Origin: a virus
Lineage: Duplodnaviria > Caudoviricetes
IMG/VR virus record: IMGVR_UViG_3300036860_000231
Location: 1 to 50,870 of that record
Direction: 5' to 3' (one strand)
DNA length: 50,870 bases
The translations under genes and the position numbers were made by a program. Position 1 is the first letter of the stretch, and the number at the start of each line of letters is the position of its first letter. Of the stretch, positions 16,290-25,244 are shown in pieces. Under the pieces are notes generated by a model that made no database searches, was not told where the DNA came from, and saw nothing but the letters and a program-made list of their open reading frames with translations.

Positions 16290-18865
16290 CGGGTGACCCC
16301 ACCGAGTCGTCGGCTGAGCGCGGCCTGGCCGGCGAGGATGTCATCAACCGCGACCCGCGGAGGCTCCTCACGGAGCGCCTTGGCGACGGCCTTGCCGAGC
16401 TTGTCGTAGTCGAAGCCGAGCGCCTCCGGCCGGCCGGTGGTGTTGAGCGCCAGCCGACCCGGGGGAAGGAAGCCACCACGGTCGTAGCCAATCGGGCGGC
16501 GTAGCGGATCGACGGCCGCCAGCGACCCGTAGCGGCCGATGGCGTAATGCCCGCCGGCATAGGAGTTGGCATATGGGTTGATGCTGACGCCGTAGAGAAA
16601 CGGGCCGACGTTGCGGAACCTGCCGGCGTTGGCTGCGAACGTCCCCCGGATGACCTGCGCGCCACCAACACTGGGGTGGCCGGCGGCCCAGTTCGAGTCC
16701 CACTTGTTGACGATCGACCAGTTCCCGCCCGACTCGAACATGATCCGCCGCGCCCACGCGGCCCACTCTGCAGCGCGACCGAGGACTGCTGCGGTCCACC
16801 GCGCGACCCGATCCACGCTGGCCGTGCCGCCAGGCACCCCGAACGCCTTCAACATCTTGGTCAGCCCACGGTCCATGCGGATGCCGGTCCCGCGAGCTTG
16901 GAGCCTGTTGACTCCGCGTGCTTCCGCGTCGATGGTGCCGACCACCCCACCGCCGGCGAACCGCATGGCGTTCAGCCGCTTCATGTTCGCCACGCCGATC
17001 TGGCGGACCGCAGCGGCGTTGACGACGAACTCGCCGGCCGACAGTAGCGCCGGCACCCGGTCGGCGGTCGGACCGCCCGGCCCGATCACCAGCCCGCCGC
17101 TGGCGCCGCGGGTGGCGACCTTCACCTGCGCCCAATCCGCCTGGGTGAACGAGGGGGAGAAGTTCAACTTCAGCGACGCGGTGACGGGGATGTCCTTGCC
17201 GGTGAGCCGGTTGACCCGCGCCTGGATCTTGCCGAGCTGGTCGTCGACGGTCCGTTTCGCGCCCTTGACTGCTTCCTCGGCCTTGCGGAACGGCGCGCCC
17301 ATCGGGCCGGGCAATTTGCCCATCACGTGGAGGATCCCAGCGACAACCGCGAACTGGACGTCCAGCCAGCCACGGATCGCCTTGATGATGAACGTGATGA
17401 CGTTGCCGACCACCGTCTTGATGCTATTGAAGACGGTAACGGCGAACTGGCCGAGCTTGCGGAGCGCCGCGCCCGTGTTGTTGGTCCCCGTGATCCATTG
17501 CAACAGTGACGCGCCGATCCGAGCGAGCCAGCGGACCGCAGTGGTGATCCAGCCGATCACCTTGGCGATGGTGCCGATGAGGAACCCGAGCACCGGGCCG
17601 GCGAGCCGCAGGATGAACGGTAAGACCTTGGCCAGCGCGACGTAGAGAACCACACCGATGACGATCCCCAACGCCTTGAGGATCGGCCACAGTTGCGTGG
17701 CGATCATGTGCCAGAGTGTCTTCAGCCCCGGCAGCAGTCCCTGCACGAACGCGGCGATGGCGGGACCGAGCGCGCGGGCGATCCCGGCGATGGCGGGGCC
17801 AAGGATGCCGGCGGCGATGCGGGCGGTCCGCATGAACCAGTCGACCACCGCGCGGGCCACCACGCCGATCCGTTCCATGATCCCGACGAACCCGGTGGAG
17901 GTGACCCCCTCGCCGCTGAATGCCGCGCCGAGCGCCCGCACGCCGACCGCGCCGGCATGCAACCAGCGGCCAACCGTCGCCAGCGCCCCAGGCAGCTTGT
18001 CGACCAGAAATCCCAGGAACCGGTTCATGATCGGCAGGAGGACCGTTCCGACCTGTTCTTTCAGGTTGCCGACGAATACGCCGAACCGCTGGCCCTGATC
18101 GGCCGCCGCGGCGGCGGCCCCGCCGAATTCGGACCGGAGCTCGGCCAGGAGGATCTTCTGCGCGCCGGCGGTGTTGCCGGCCTTCACCATCGCGGCGATC
18201 TGGTCCTTCTGCTGCTGTGTGAAGGTAACCCCCACGCGGGTCAGCGCCGTGATCCCCTTGATCGGGTCATTCAGGGCCTTGCCAACCTGAATCGTCGAGG
18301 CTTTCATGCCCTCCGCGGTGACCTTGCCGTTGTTCATCGCGGCGGTCATGTCGACGATTGCGCCGGACGCCTGGTTGAAGATGTCGTTGCCCTTGCCGGC
18401 CTCGTTGCGTACACCTTTGAAGGTCAGCAAGAGGTTCTCGGCCGATTGGATCGCCTCATCGTCGACGCCGACCTTGTTTGATAATGCGGTGGCAAGGTCG
18501 CCGATCTGCTTGGCAGACACGTGAGCGACCCCGCCGGTCGCCTTGAGGACCGCCTGGGTCTGCTTGCCGACTACCGCAGCCTCGCGGGCCTCGTCAGTGA
18601 CGCTCTTGATCCCAGCGACAATCGCGGCACCGCCAAACGCGGCGGCCAGACCCGGCCCGAATCCGCGGAGAATCCCACGGACCGGGCCAATGCCTGCGCG
18701 CAGGCCGCCGGAGAAGTGCCGGCCGAACCGGGTGCCCGAGTCCCTGCCGCCCCGCTCGGCCGTGGCCGCCATTGGCTTGAGCATCTGGCTGGTGAGCTGC
18801 CTGGAGAAGTCCCGCGAGATCCGCGGGACTACATCTAGATAGGCAGTACCAGCTGAGACGGCCAA
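16286..18865 (-). CDS. Tape measure protein with C-terminal lytic transglycosylase-like domain
   Basis: GTAYLDVVP start, QVGKALNDPIKGITALTRVGV, FESGGNWSIVNKWDSN. Confidence 0.9.
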   Translation of the reverse strand: MAVSAGTAYLDVVPRISRDFSRQLTSQMLKPMAATAERGGRDSGTRFGRHFSGGLRAGIGPVRGILRGFGPGLAAAFGGAAIVAGIKSVTDEAREAAVVGKQTQAVLKATGGVAHVSAKQIGDLATALSNKVGVDDEAIQSAENLLLTFKGVRNEAGKGNDIFNQASGAIVDMTAAMNNGKVTAEGMKASTIQVGKALNDPIKGITALTRVGVTFTQQQKDQIAAMVKAGNTAGAQKILLAELRSEFGGAAAAAADQGQRFGVFVGNLKEQVGTVLLPIMNRFLGFLVDKLPGALATVGRWLHAGAVGVRALGAAFSGEGVTSTGFVGIMERIGVVARAVVDWFMRTARIAAGILGPAIAGIARALGPAIAAFVQGLLPGLKTLWHMIATQLWPILKALGIVIGVVLYVALAKVLPFILRLAGPVLGFLIGTIAKVIGWITTAVRWLARIGASLLQWITGTNNTGAALRKLGQFAVTVFNSIKTVVGNVITFIIKAIRGWLDVQFAVVAGILHVMGKLPGPMGAPFRKAEEAVKGAKRTVDDQLGKIQARVNRLTGKDIPVTASLKLNFSPSFTQADWAQVKVATRGASGGLVIGPGGPTADRVPALLSAGEFVVNAAAVRQIGVANMKRLNAMRFAGGGVVGTIDAEARGVNRLQARGTGIRMDRGLTKMLKAFGVPGGTASVDRVARWTAAVLGRAAEWAAWARRIMFESGGNWSIVNKWDSNWAAGHPSVGGAQVIRGTFAANAGRFRNVGPFLYGVSINPYANSYAGGHYAIGRYGSLAAVDPLRRPIGYDRGGFLPPGRLALNTTGRPEALGFDYDKLGKAVAKALREEPPRVAVDDILAGQAALSRRLGGVTR

Positions 18866-18918
18866 TTGGTTCTCCAGTCGTGACCCGCCCGACCTATCGC
18901 CAGATTCGGCGTGGGGCA

Positions 18919-19000
18919 TATGCTCTGTGACATGAGAAGGCCCGGCGCGAGAAGCGCTCGCCCGGGCCCGGCCGAATCCCTAGTGGAAGGGACCGACATG
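18919..19000 (+). promoter_or_regulatory. -10 box (TATGCT) and two-hairpin RBS-sequestering leader
   Basis: GGCCCGG-C-GCGAG...CTCGC-CCGGGCC then TCCCT...AGGGA-CCGAC-ATG; same architecture as 29915-29997. Confidence 0.6.
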
Positions 19001-19204
19001 AATGAGCCTACCGCCTACCGAGGACCCGACAGACACGCCCACGGCAAAGGCTACTGGGCACTGATCGGCTGGTGGTGGGAACCACTCGCCTGGCTTGGCA
19101 GGATGCTGCTTTGGCTGACGTTCTTCCCCGCCGGGATCTGGCGATCGCTCCGCAAGAGCCGCAAGAACCGTGAGGCTAGGGAACGCCGCGGTATCCGCAG
19201 CTAG
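18998..19204 (+). CDS. Counter-oriented Trp-rich membrane protein (moron)
   Basis: RBS GGAAGGGA; one TM, basic tail; sits between chaperone and tape measure. Confidence 0.7.
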   Translation: MNEPTAYRGPDRHAHGKGYWALIGWWWEPLAWLGRMLLWLTFFPAGIWRSLRKSRKNREARERRGIRS

Positions 19205-19650
19205 CTTCTGCTGAACACCGCCTTCGTTCCTTCCCCACCAAAGAAGGCCCTGATCTCTGCTGCTGTGCTCATCTTCGGGGGTTCCACCATCTCGGCCGGC
19301 TCGGCTACATGACCGCCCTCGCCAGGGCGCGGCACCCGGATCGGCTCAGGATGCGGCTCCTTGAACCACGCCGCATGCAGCAGGCAGATGATCTGCTGGA
19401 GTTGCTCAACCGTGGTGGCCAGCAACTCCTCCCGGTCTCCCCACACTACCCCAGGGCCATGCAATGCCCGAGCGGTCCGCGACGTCGGCGGTAGGCGCTT
19501 TACGAGGGTGAGGAGCCGTCGGACCCCGATATGGCCGGGGCCGTAGCAGCACGCCGCGAGGTCGAGCCGGTAGTGTGCTTGGAAGTCGGCTTCGCAGGCG
19601 TCCCACCATTGTCCGAGGAAGCTGGAGAGCCCGAGGGCCTCCCGAAAAAA
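19201..19650 (-). CDS. Tail assembly chaperone -1 frameshift extension (gpT)
   Basis: Slippery T TTT TTC at 19644-19650; -1 frame gives EADFQAHYRLDL...RRLLTLVKRLP...W..REELLA. Confidence 0.85.
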   Translation of the reverse strand, partial: FFREALGLSSFLGQWWDACEADFQAHYRLDLAACCYGPGHIGVRRLLTLVKRLPPTSRTARALHGPGVVWGDREELLATTVEQLQQIICLLHAAWFKEPHPEPIRVPRPGEGGHVAEPAEMVEPPKMSTAAEIRAFFGGEGTKAVFSRS

Positions 19651-19910
19651 TCCCCGATCCCATACAGCTCCTCGGCGATGTCGATCAGATCATCCATCTC
19701 CGGATCCAGCACGGCGAACTTTGGCCATGCCTCCCCGAACAGCGTCCGCATCGCCCCGCCGAAGTCCATCTGTGTCAGATAGTCCAGAAACAGCAGCGGC
19801 ATCCTCGGCGGCAGTTCGAACGTCTGCCCACCGAGCACCAGCGAATGCGGCTGGTTCTCCGCCTCGCTGCGGGCGGCTCGCTTGGCGTCGAGGTCGAGCG
19901 TTCGGGCCAT
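19500..19910 (-). CDS. Tail assembly chaperone (gpG)
   Basis: LDLDAKRAAR...GGQTFELP; upstream of tape measure. Confidence 0.85.
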   Translation of the reverse strand: MARTLDLDAKRAARSEAENQPHSLVLGGQTFELPPRMPLLFLDYLTQMDFGGAMRTLFGEAWPKFAVLDPEMDDLIDIAEELYGIGDFFGRPSGSPASSDNGGTPAKPTSKHTTGSTSRRAATAPAISGSDGSSPS

Positions 19911-19919
19911 CAGAACTCC

Positions 19920-20306
19920 CTATCCGGTCGAGTTGGGGCGGCGACGTGGCGCCCGCACCCGAAGGCCGCTACGTCGACCAGCCCGCCGCAGAATATTGCG
20001 GCCCTTCACGAATCCGCCACCCGGCGTGCGGTGCCCCTTCTCGATCCATCCACCCTTAAAGTCATCGGCCTGGACGCGGCCGAGCGGCAGCCCCCTCTTG
20101 GATCGGGCGAGGCCACCATGGATGGAACCGAGATACTCGCCGGTGTCGAACGCTTCCTTGACGGCGATCTCTCTGGCCGTCAGCGCTATCTCGCTGGTGA
20201 TCGCCAGCAGCGCAGCATCCAGCACGCCAGAGCGGCGCAGTTCCTCACCGAGCTGCCAGTTGGGCGCGAAGATGATGTCCTTCGCGCGGATCAGGCCGCG
20301 GGGCAT
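19920..20306 (-). CDS. HK97 gp10-like tail completion/neck protein
   Basis: DTGEYLGSI, WIEKGH, NILRRA. Confidence 0.7.
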   Translation of the reverse strand: MPRGLIRAKDIIFAPNWQLGEELRRSGVLDAALLAITSEIALTAREIAVKEAFDTGEYLGSIHGGLARSKRGLPLGRVQADDFKGGWIEKGHRTPGGGFVKGRNILRRAGRRSGLRVRAPRRRPNSTG

Positions 20307-20450
20307 CAGGATCTCCTCTCCAGCAGCGCGGCGACCTGCTCCGGGTAGTGCTCGACCACGAACGCGACCAGATCCTCGACACGCTGACCATTGGGCTGCT
20401 TGCCCCAACCGACCCATAGCTCAAGGTTCTCAGAGCGGTTGCTGATTCTA
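20306..20450 (-). pseudogene. HNH endonuclease C-terminal remnant
   Basis: NRSENLELWVGWGKQPNGQRVEDLVAF...*, no start codon; TAGAAT -10 immediately upstream. Confidence 0.7.
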
Positions 20451-20470
20451 CCTGGTGGAGACGACAGCTC

Positions 20471-21034
20471 CTACGCGAAAGCTGCCGAATCGTTCGTAAC
20501 GATATATCCGAGCACAGAACCCGAACTGGGCGTCATGGCAGAAATGGTCAGAGGGAGTTCAATCGCTGCCGATCTTCCGATGGTCGTCTCGCCGCCCTCG
20601 GTCACCATGCACCGGCCCATCACGAACCGGTAGATCAGTGCTGCATCATTCCATTCGACGCCGAAGACCCGCTCATCGACGGTGGGGGTGGAGGAGATGT
20701 CGTAGCGGAAGCTACCGCCACCCTGGGTGGTGATCGTGCCCCCACCGAGCCACAGCGGCAGCGTGTCCTTGTTGAACTGCTCCAGGGAGAAGGCGGCTTG
20801 GAGCGAGACCCCGGTGATGATGTACCGCAGGGGGCTGATCGACTGCCAGCCCTTGACCTGCTCGGTGTCCATCGAGCGGGTGAGCTTGACCGCGTCCTCG
20901 GTGGCGAAGCCGAGCTGTGTGAAACCGGTCCAGGCGGCGCCCACGTTGGCGGGGCCGGCCGTCCCGGACGGGGCGATGTAGATGATGCCCGAGGCACCGA
21001 TACGGATCTCGGATGCGGCAAGACCACCCGGCAT
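20471..21034 (-). CDS. Major tail (tube) protein
   Basis: GIIYIAPSGT, WTGFTQLGFATEDAV, VKGWQS. Confidence 0.85.
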   Translation of the reverse strand: MPGGLAASEIRIGASGIIYIAPSGTAGPANVGAAWTGFTQLGFATEDAVKLTRSMDTEQVKGWQSISPLRYIITGVSLQAAFSLEQFNKDTLPLWLGGGTITTQGGGSFRYDISSTPTVDERVFGVEWNDAALIYRFVMGRCMVTEGGETTIGRSAAIELPLTISAMTPSSGSVLGYIVTNDSAAFA

Positions 21035-21078
21035 GGGTTTCCTCCTCTAAATGGTTGCGGCGCTTGCCGCGCGTGCTG

Positions 21079-21402
21079 TTACGGGTGGCGGATCGCCGCG
21101 ACCGTCACTGACGAGGTCACCGAGTAGCTGGTGACGGTGACGGTGGACCCGAACCTCGCGGGGTCGAAATCGCCGATGATCTCGTCACCGGTCGTCGCGG
21201 CGACCACAACAACGTTGGGGTGGTTGACACCCTGGTTGCAGTTGACCGCGGAGGCGACCGTGACAGTGCATGTGCCGGCGTTCGCGTTCTTCACGTGGAG
21301 GAACGTCTTGCCGTCGTTGGTGAACGTGTCGCCGTTGGCGGGGGTGACGTACGCCTTCGAGTCGCCGGTCAGGTCGTAGGGGTAGATCGTGTAGGCGGCC
21401 AC
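21079..21402 (-). CDS. Small virion protein
   Basis: GDTFTNDGKTFLHVKNA; all-beta; in structural operon. Confidence 0.65.
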   Translation of the reverse strand: MAAYTIYPYDLTGDSKAYVTPANGDTFTNDGKTFLHVKNANAGTCTVTVASAVNCNQGVNHPNVVVVAATTGDEIIGDFDPARFGSTVTVTSYSVTSSVTVAAIRHP

Positions 21403-21405
21403 CAG

Positions 21406-21660
21406 TTATTCCTCCCCTGCCCGCTCGGGATGGTCGCGGAGCACATCAATGATCTGTGGCTTGGTCACGCCCGAGCGGATGTCGATGCCTCGGCTGGCGG
21501 CCTCGGCGACCAGCTGCTCCCGGGTGAGACCCTCGAGCTGGTCGTCAGCGACCGGGCCGGTGTGCTCGGCTGTCTCGCCGGCTTCTTCGGCTCGACGCTG
21601 ATCCATCTCCGCCTGCCCGATGCGGTCTTTCTCGTCCTGGCCCATCGGCTGCTTCGGCAT
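21406..21660 (-). CDS. HeH/Rho_N-like domain protein
   Basis: LTREQLVAEAASRGI...TKPQIIDVL; RBS AAAGGAG. Confidence 0.7.
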   Translation of the reverse strand: MPKQPMGQDEKDRIGQAEMDQRRAEEAGETAEHTGPVADDQLEGLTREQLVAEAASRGIDIRSGVTKPQIIDVLRDHPERAGEE

Positions 21661-21671
21661 ATCGCTCCTTT

Positions 21672-22160
21672 CTAGGTGGTTCGCGCTTCCCAGACGATGG
21701 TCCAGTCGACGTTGACGCGGGCGACCGACACGCGATCCTGCTCCCCCAACCCCATCGTCCATACCGCCGACTGCATCAATGGGGGATTGCGGTGCCGTCC
21801 CGCGAGCGCCCCTGCGAAGTCGGGGTCGTCGCGGAGCTGCTGCATGATCTCCCCGAGCAGTACACCGGCCCGTCGGATCGCCGCGGCGGCCTTGGCAGTG
21901 TCCCCGCCGGGAAGCTCGACCCATACGTAGCCGGCGAGCGTGGGTGGCTCAAGGGTGGCGCGGCTGGCTTCCCCGCCACCCCAGCCGAAGAACCCGGCGC
22001 CGGCGACGGTGCAGCGGGTGAACCCGATCGCCTCCGGGTCGGTGGTGACCCCGAGGTCGACGAGATAGACGGGGACAGCTGGTGGGCCGACGAGGGCGGG
22101 GCGGGCGGCGAGCTGGGCCTGAAGGCTGATGAGGACGTCGGGGACCGAGGTGGTGGCCAT
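21672..22160 (-). CDS. Head-tail joining / tail terminator-like protein
   Basis: Position, size, LRDDPDFAGAL motif. Confidence 0.6.
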   Translation of the reverse strand: MATTSVPDVLISLQAQLAARPALVGPPAVPVYLVDLGVTTDPEAIGFTRCTVAGAGFFGWGGGEASRATLEPPTLAGYVWVELPGGDTAKAAAAIRRAGVLLGEIMQQLRDDPDFAGALAGRHRNPPLMQSAVWTMGLGEQDRVSVARVNVDWTIVWEARTT

Positions 22161-23066
22161 CTACGCGAACACCCCACCACGGCGGGCGTTGTAGGCCGGG
22201 TCACTCAATGTTGCGTCAATTTTCGGTACGCCATAAAAGGATCTGCCACCCCCGGAGAGTGACCGTCCGGCCGGATCGAATGAGTAAGAGGTGCCGTCGG
22301 GCGTGATCCATGTCGATGCGGTGGAGGAGGCCTGCGCGGGGAGCAGCAGCATCGCGGCGCGGGCGAGCGCGACCTCGCTGATCTCCGCCGGCGGCCTTGC
22401 GAAGCCGTAGACATACTCGACCACGACGTTCTGTGGTGTGGTGGCGGGGAACGTCCCACCGGTCTTGCGTTGCAGCAGGCCAGTGTCTGCGAGGGTGTAG
22501 TCGGTGGCGGTCTGGGCGGCCCCGTCGATGGTCACGGATAGGAGCCGCTGACACCGGTACTTGGACAGGATCAGCGAGGTCTGCCCGTCCCCGTCGAAGG
22601 TTTCGCGGGCGAACCTTGGGATGAAGCTGTACCCGGTGCGGGCCTCGAAGTCGTCTGTTACCTCGACACGACGGTCCAGCAGGGTCTGGTTGGGGTAGTC
22701 GGTGGTGGACTGGAACGCGAGCTGGCCGGCGACCTTCACGGCGCGGAGCGCGGCCAGGGTGTACAGGAACGCGCCGACGACTTCGACATAGGTGGTAATG
22801 GTCTGCGGCTGGGTACCGATGTTCCCGGTCCACGTGATCGCGTAGAGGGTCAGCTCGGCGGTGGCGGTGGCAGCCAGGGTGAACGTGTATGTGCCGATCG
22901 ACACGCGGGTCACCGAGCCGGAGGCGGGCCCAGCGGTGCCGTCCGGCTTGGTGATGGTGACGGCTGGGACACCGGAAGCGTCGATGTCGATGAGGGCACC
23001 GTCGGAGTAGAACAGGCCGCGGGGCTGAACACTGGTGCCCTTGAGGACTTGCAGTGTCTCAGCCAC
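22161..23066 (-). CDS. Head-tail adaptor with N-terminal Ig-like domain
   Basis: ETFDGDGQ, QNVVVEYVYGFARPPAEI. Confidence 0.75.
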   Translation of the reverse strand: MAETLQVLKGTSVQPRGLFYSDGALIDIDASGVPAVTITKPDGTAGPASGSVTRVSIGTYTFTLAATATAELTLYAITWTGNIGTQPQTITTYVEVVGAFLYTLAALRAVKVAGQLAFQSTTDYPNQTLLDRRVEVTDDFEARTGYSFIPRFARETFDGDGQTSLILSKYRCQRLLSVTIDGAAQTATDYTLADTGLLQRKTGGTFPATTPQNVVVEYVYGFARPPAEISEVALARAAMLLLPAQASSTASTWITPDGTSYSFDPAGRSLSGGGRSFYGVPKIDATLSDPAYNARRGGVFA

Positions 23067-24077
23067 TCAGATTCCTCCCGCATCATCGATGATCCCGGTG
23101 CCTTGCCCAGCGTCGTCCAGCAATCCCGTCCCGCCAGTGCTGTCATCCAAGAGCGCGGTCCCGGCAGTGGCATCGTCAAGCAGCGCCACTCCGGTGCCCG
23201 CGTCGTCCAGGAGACCCGCCCCACCACCGCCCGACTCGACCCAGCGGGGCAGCGGGGTGGTAATCGTCGGCGGTGGCGCGTCCCACCGTTGCCCCGCAAC
23301 CCGTGGAACCAGCGGTGGGCGGCGGCGGGCAACGATCCAGCCCGGCCGCCAGATCCCCGGCGCGACCGGCCCGACGAACGGTGGCGGCGGGGTGATCCGC
23401 CCGCGGCGCGGCGTGACGGTCGGTGTGCGTCGCCGTGCGCAGACGAACCGTGGTGGCGGTCCCGACGGTGCCGGTGGGACCGGCAGGAACCGGCCAGCAC
23501 GGGGCCGTAGTGTCGGTGGTGGACGGTGAGCCTGGAGCAGCCGTGGGATGAACGCGGGTGGCGCTGCTGGGATGAATGGCCATGGCGGGTCGAACCGTGC
23601 CCCGCGTGGCGGGGGTGGGCTCCACCGTGCGTGGCGGCCGACGCTGGAGACGGTCCATGGACTCGGCGTCGGTGGCGGGACTGCCGGGGGGGCGTCCCAT
23701 CGGTGGCCGCGCCGTGGCAGTGCGTAACGGGGCCGCTGCCGGGCGCTCAGCCACGTCGGCACCCACGGAGGCGGGAGCGGCGCGACAAACGGCCACGGAG
23801 GGCTCCACGAGCCGCCACGGCGTATCGCTGGGGCCGGTTGTGGGCGGTTCGCCTGCCGTTGCCATCGTGCTGGGAGTGCTGGCGGTGGCAGGGCCACAAA
23901 CGGCCAGGGCGGATCCCAGCGCTGCCCACGGCGAACCGCCGCTGCTGGCTGCCGCAGTCCCGCCTGCCGCTGCCATTCTGGCGGCTGCGCGGGGGGGACG
24001 GGTGCGGCAGTTGGCCACGGTGGGTCCCAGCGCTGGCCCTGACGGTAGGTCGCGCCACGCCAGCGCCGATGTGCCAT
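23067..24077 (-). CDS. Pro/Arg/Trp-rich repeat virion-module protein
   Basis: About 7 degenerate RRGxRWDPPWPF repeats; 4 acidic LLDDAGTG-type repeats at C-terminus. Confidence 0.6.
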   Translation of the reverse strand: MAHRRWRGATYRQGQRWDPPWPTAAPVPPAQPPEWQRQAGLRQPAAAVRRGQRWDPPWPFVALPPPALPARWQRQANRPQPAPAIRRGGSWSPPWPFVAPLPPPWVPTWLSARQRPRYALPRRGHRWDAPPAVPPPTPSPWTVSSVGRHARWSPPPPRGARFDPPWPFIPAAPPAFIPRLLQAHRPPPTLRPRAGRFLPVPPAPSGPPPRFVCARRRTPTVTPRRGRITPPPPFVGPVAPGIWRPGWIVARRRPPLVPRVAGQRWDAPPPTITTPLPRWVESGGGGAGLLDDAGTGVALLDDATAGTALLDDSTGGTGLLDDAGQGTGIIDDAGGI

Positions 24078-24088
24078 GAGCTACCCTG

Positions 24089-24559
24089 TCAGTTGGTGAC
24101 CGCGCAGGTCAGCCACCCTGTTGGCTCATAGTTCTGATTGGTCGTGTAGGCATAGCCGTTTGGTGCCTGACCAAGCGGAACCGGCTGATCATCCAAGTAC
24201 GGTCTCCAGTTGACCGCTATTGGGCCAGCCCCCGGGAACGTGAACGCAAGCGATAGGGCGGTCTCGCCCGCTGGGCAATGGATCTGGCCGGTGTAGTTCC
24301 CGTAAGGAACCTCAACAACGTGAACGCCCGCAAGCCCGGGCTCTCCCTGCGGGCCAGTCTGGTTCCAGTTCAGCGCCGTGTAACCGCTCGGGCATGACGC
24401 TGCGGAGTCGATGGCGATCAGGGCGCCCTGCGCAGGGTTCGAGGTTTTGTAACAGGCATGGATCATACCATCCGGGCCGGGGATCGTCGCGTAGGCGATG
24501 CCGGCGCCGATGCCGAGAATGAGCAAAGCCGCGACGATCGGTGCGATTCGCTTCCTCAA
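24089..24559 (-). CDS. Secreted protein with short collagen motif (moron)
   Basis: Signal peptide AGIAYA, IHACYK, WNQTGPQGEPG; lower GC3. Confidence 0.7.
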   Translation of the reverse strand: MRKRIAPIVAALLILGIGAGIAYATIPGPDGMIHACYKTSNPAQGALIAIDSAASCPSGYTALNWNQTGPQGEPGLAGVHVVEVPYGNYTGQIHCPAGETALSLAFTFPGAGPIAVNWRPYLDDQPVPLGQAPNGYAYTTNQNYEPTGWLTCAVTN

Positions 24560-24563
24560 GGGC

Positions 24564-25040
24564 TCACTCCTCGAATTCGATGAACAGTTCGAACACGTGG
24601 TTGGCGGCAAGCAGGCCGCTGCGGTTCACGAACGCGAATCCGTCAGTGGCCAGCTTGCTGATCTCGAATTCCTCTAGGAACTCTGCGGGGATGTCCACGC
24701 CGCTTTTGGCGTTGAACGGGATCGTGAAGATGTCGGTGGCTTCGGCACCCTGGGTCGGCACGCCAGTGAATGCCGTGTCGAATGCCATGCGGGCGGTGCC
24801 GTGCCGGGCGAGGTTGGCGTTGATTGTGCCAGCGACCGGGGTGGTGCCAGCGCTGGTGACGCGGTTGATGCCGACCTTGCACTGGAAGTCGTTGACTGCG
24901 GTGTTCGCGGTGGTGTTGCGGCAGCCGAGGATGACGCGCCGCAGCAGCCCGCCGCCGTTGGCGGTGCCCATCAGCCACGCGAACGCGGTGTCGTCGGCGA
25001 GCGCCGCCACGCTGGTGACCTGCGCTGTGTACCTTGCCAT
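24564..25040 (-). CDS. Virion beta protein
   Basis: RBS AAAGGA; ends IEFEE; structural operon. Confidence 0.75.
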   Translation of the reverse strand: MARYTAQVTSVAALADDTAFAWLMGTANGGGLLRRVILGCRNTTANTAVNDFQCKVGINRVTSAGTTPVAGTINANLARHGTARMAFDTAFTGVPTQGAEATDIFTIPFNAKSGVDIPAEFLEEFEISKLATDGFAFVNRSGLLAANHVFELFIEFEE

Positions 25041-25052
25041 GTAGGTTCCTTT

Positions 25053-25244
25053 CTACCAGCGTCCGCTGTACTGGCTGACGATCGGTGGTGGCGTCTGCCC
25101 GGCGCGGCGCCACAGCAGCAGGGTGAGCAGGTCGGCGAGGTCGCCGAGCCGCAGCCACGCCACGGCCGCCACAACGACAAGACCCTCGAGCAGCGTGGCG
25201 GCGAGCAGAATCATCCACATGGCTACCACGACGGGTCCTTTCAC
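25053..25244 (-). CDS. Small membrane protein ending in duplicated PP(I/F)VSQYSGRW
   Basis: Hydrophobic; 25055-25088 repeats 25243-25276 (32/34). Confidence 0.5.
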   Translation of the reverse strand: MKGPVVVAMWMILLAATLLEGLVVVAAVAWLRLGDLADLLTLLLWRRAGQTPPPIVSQYSGRW

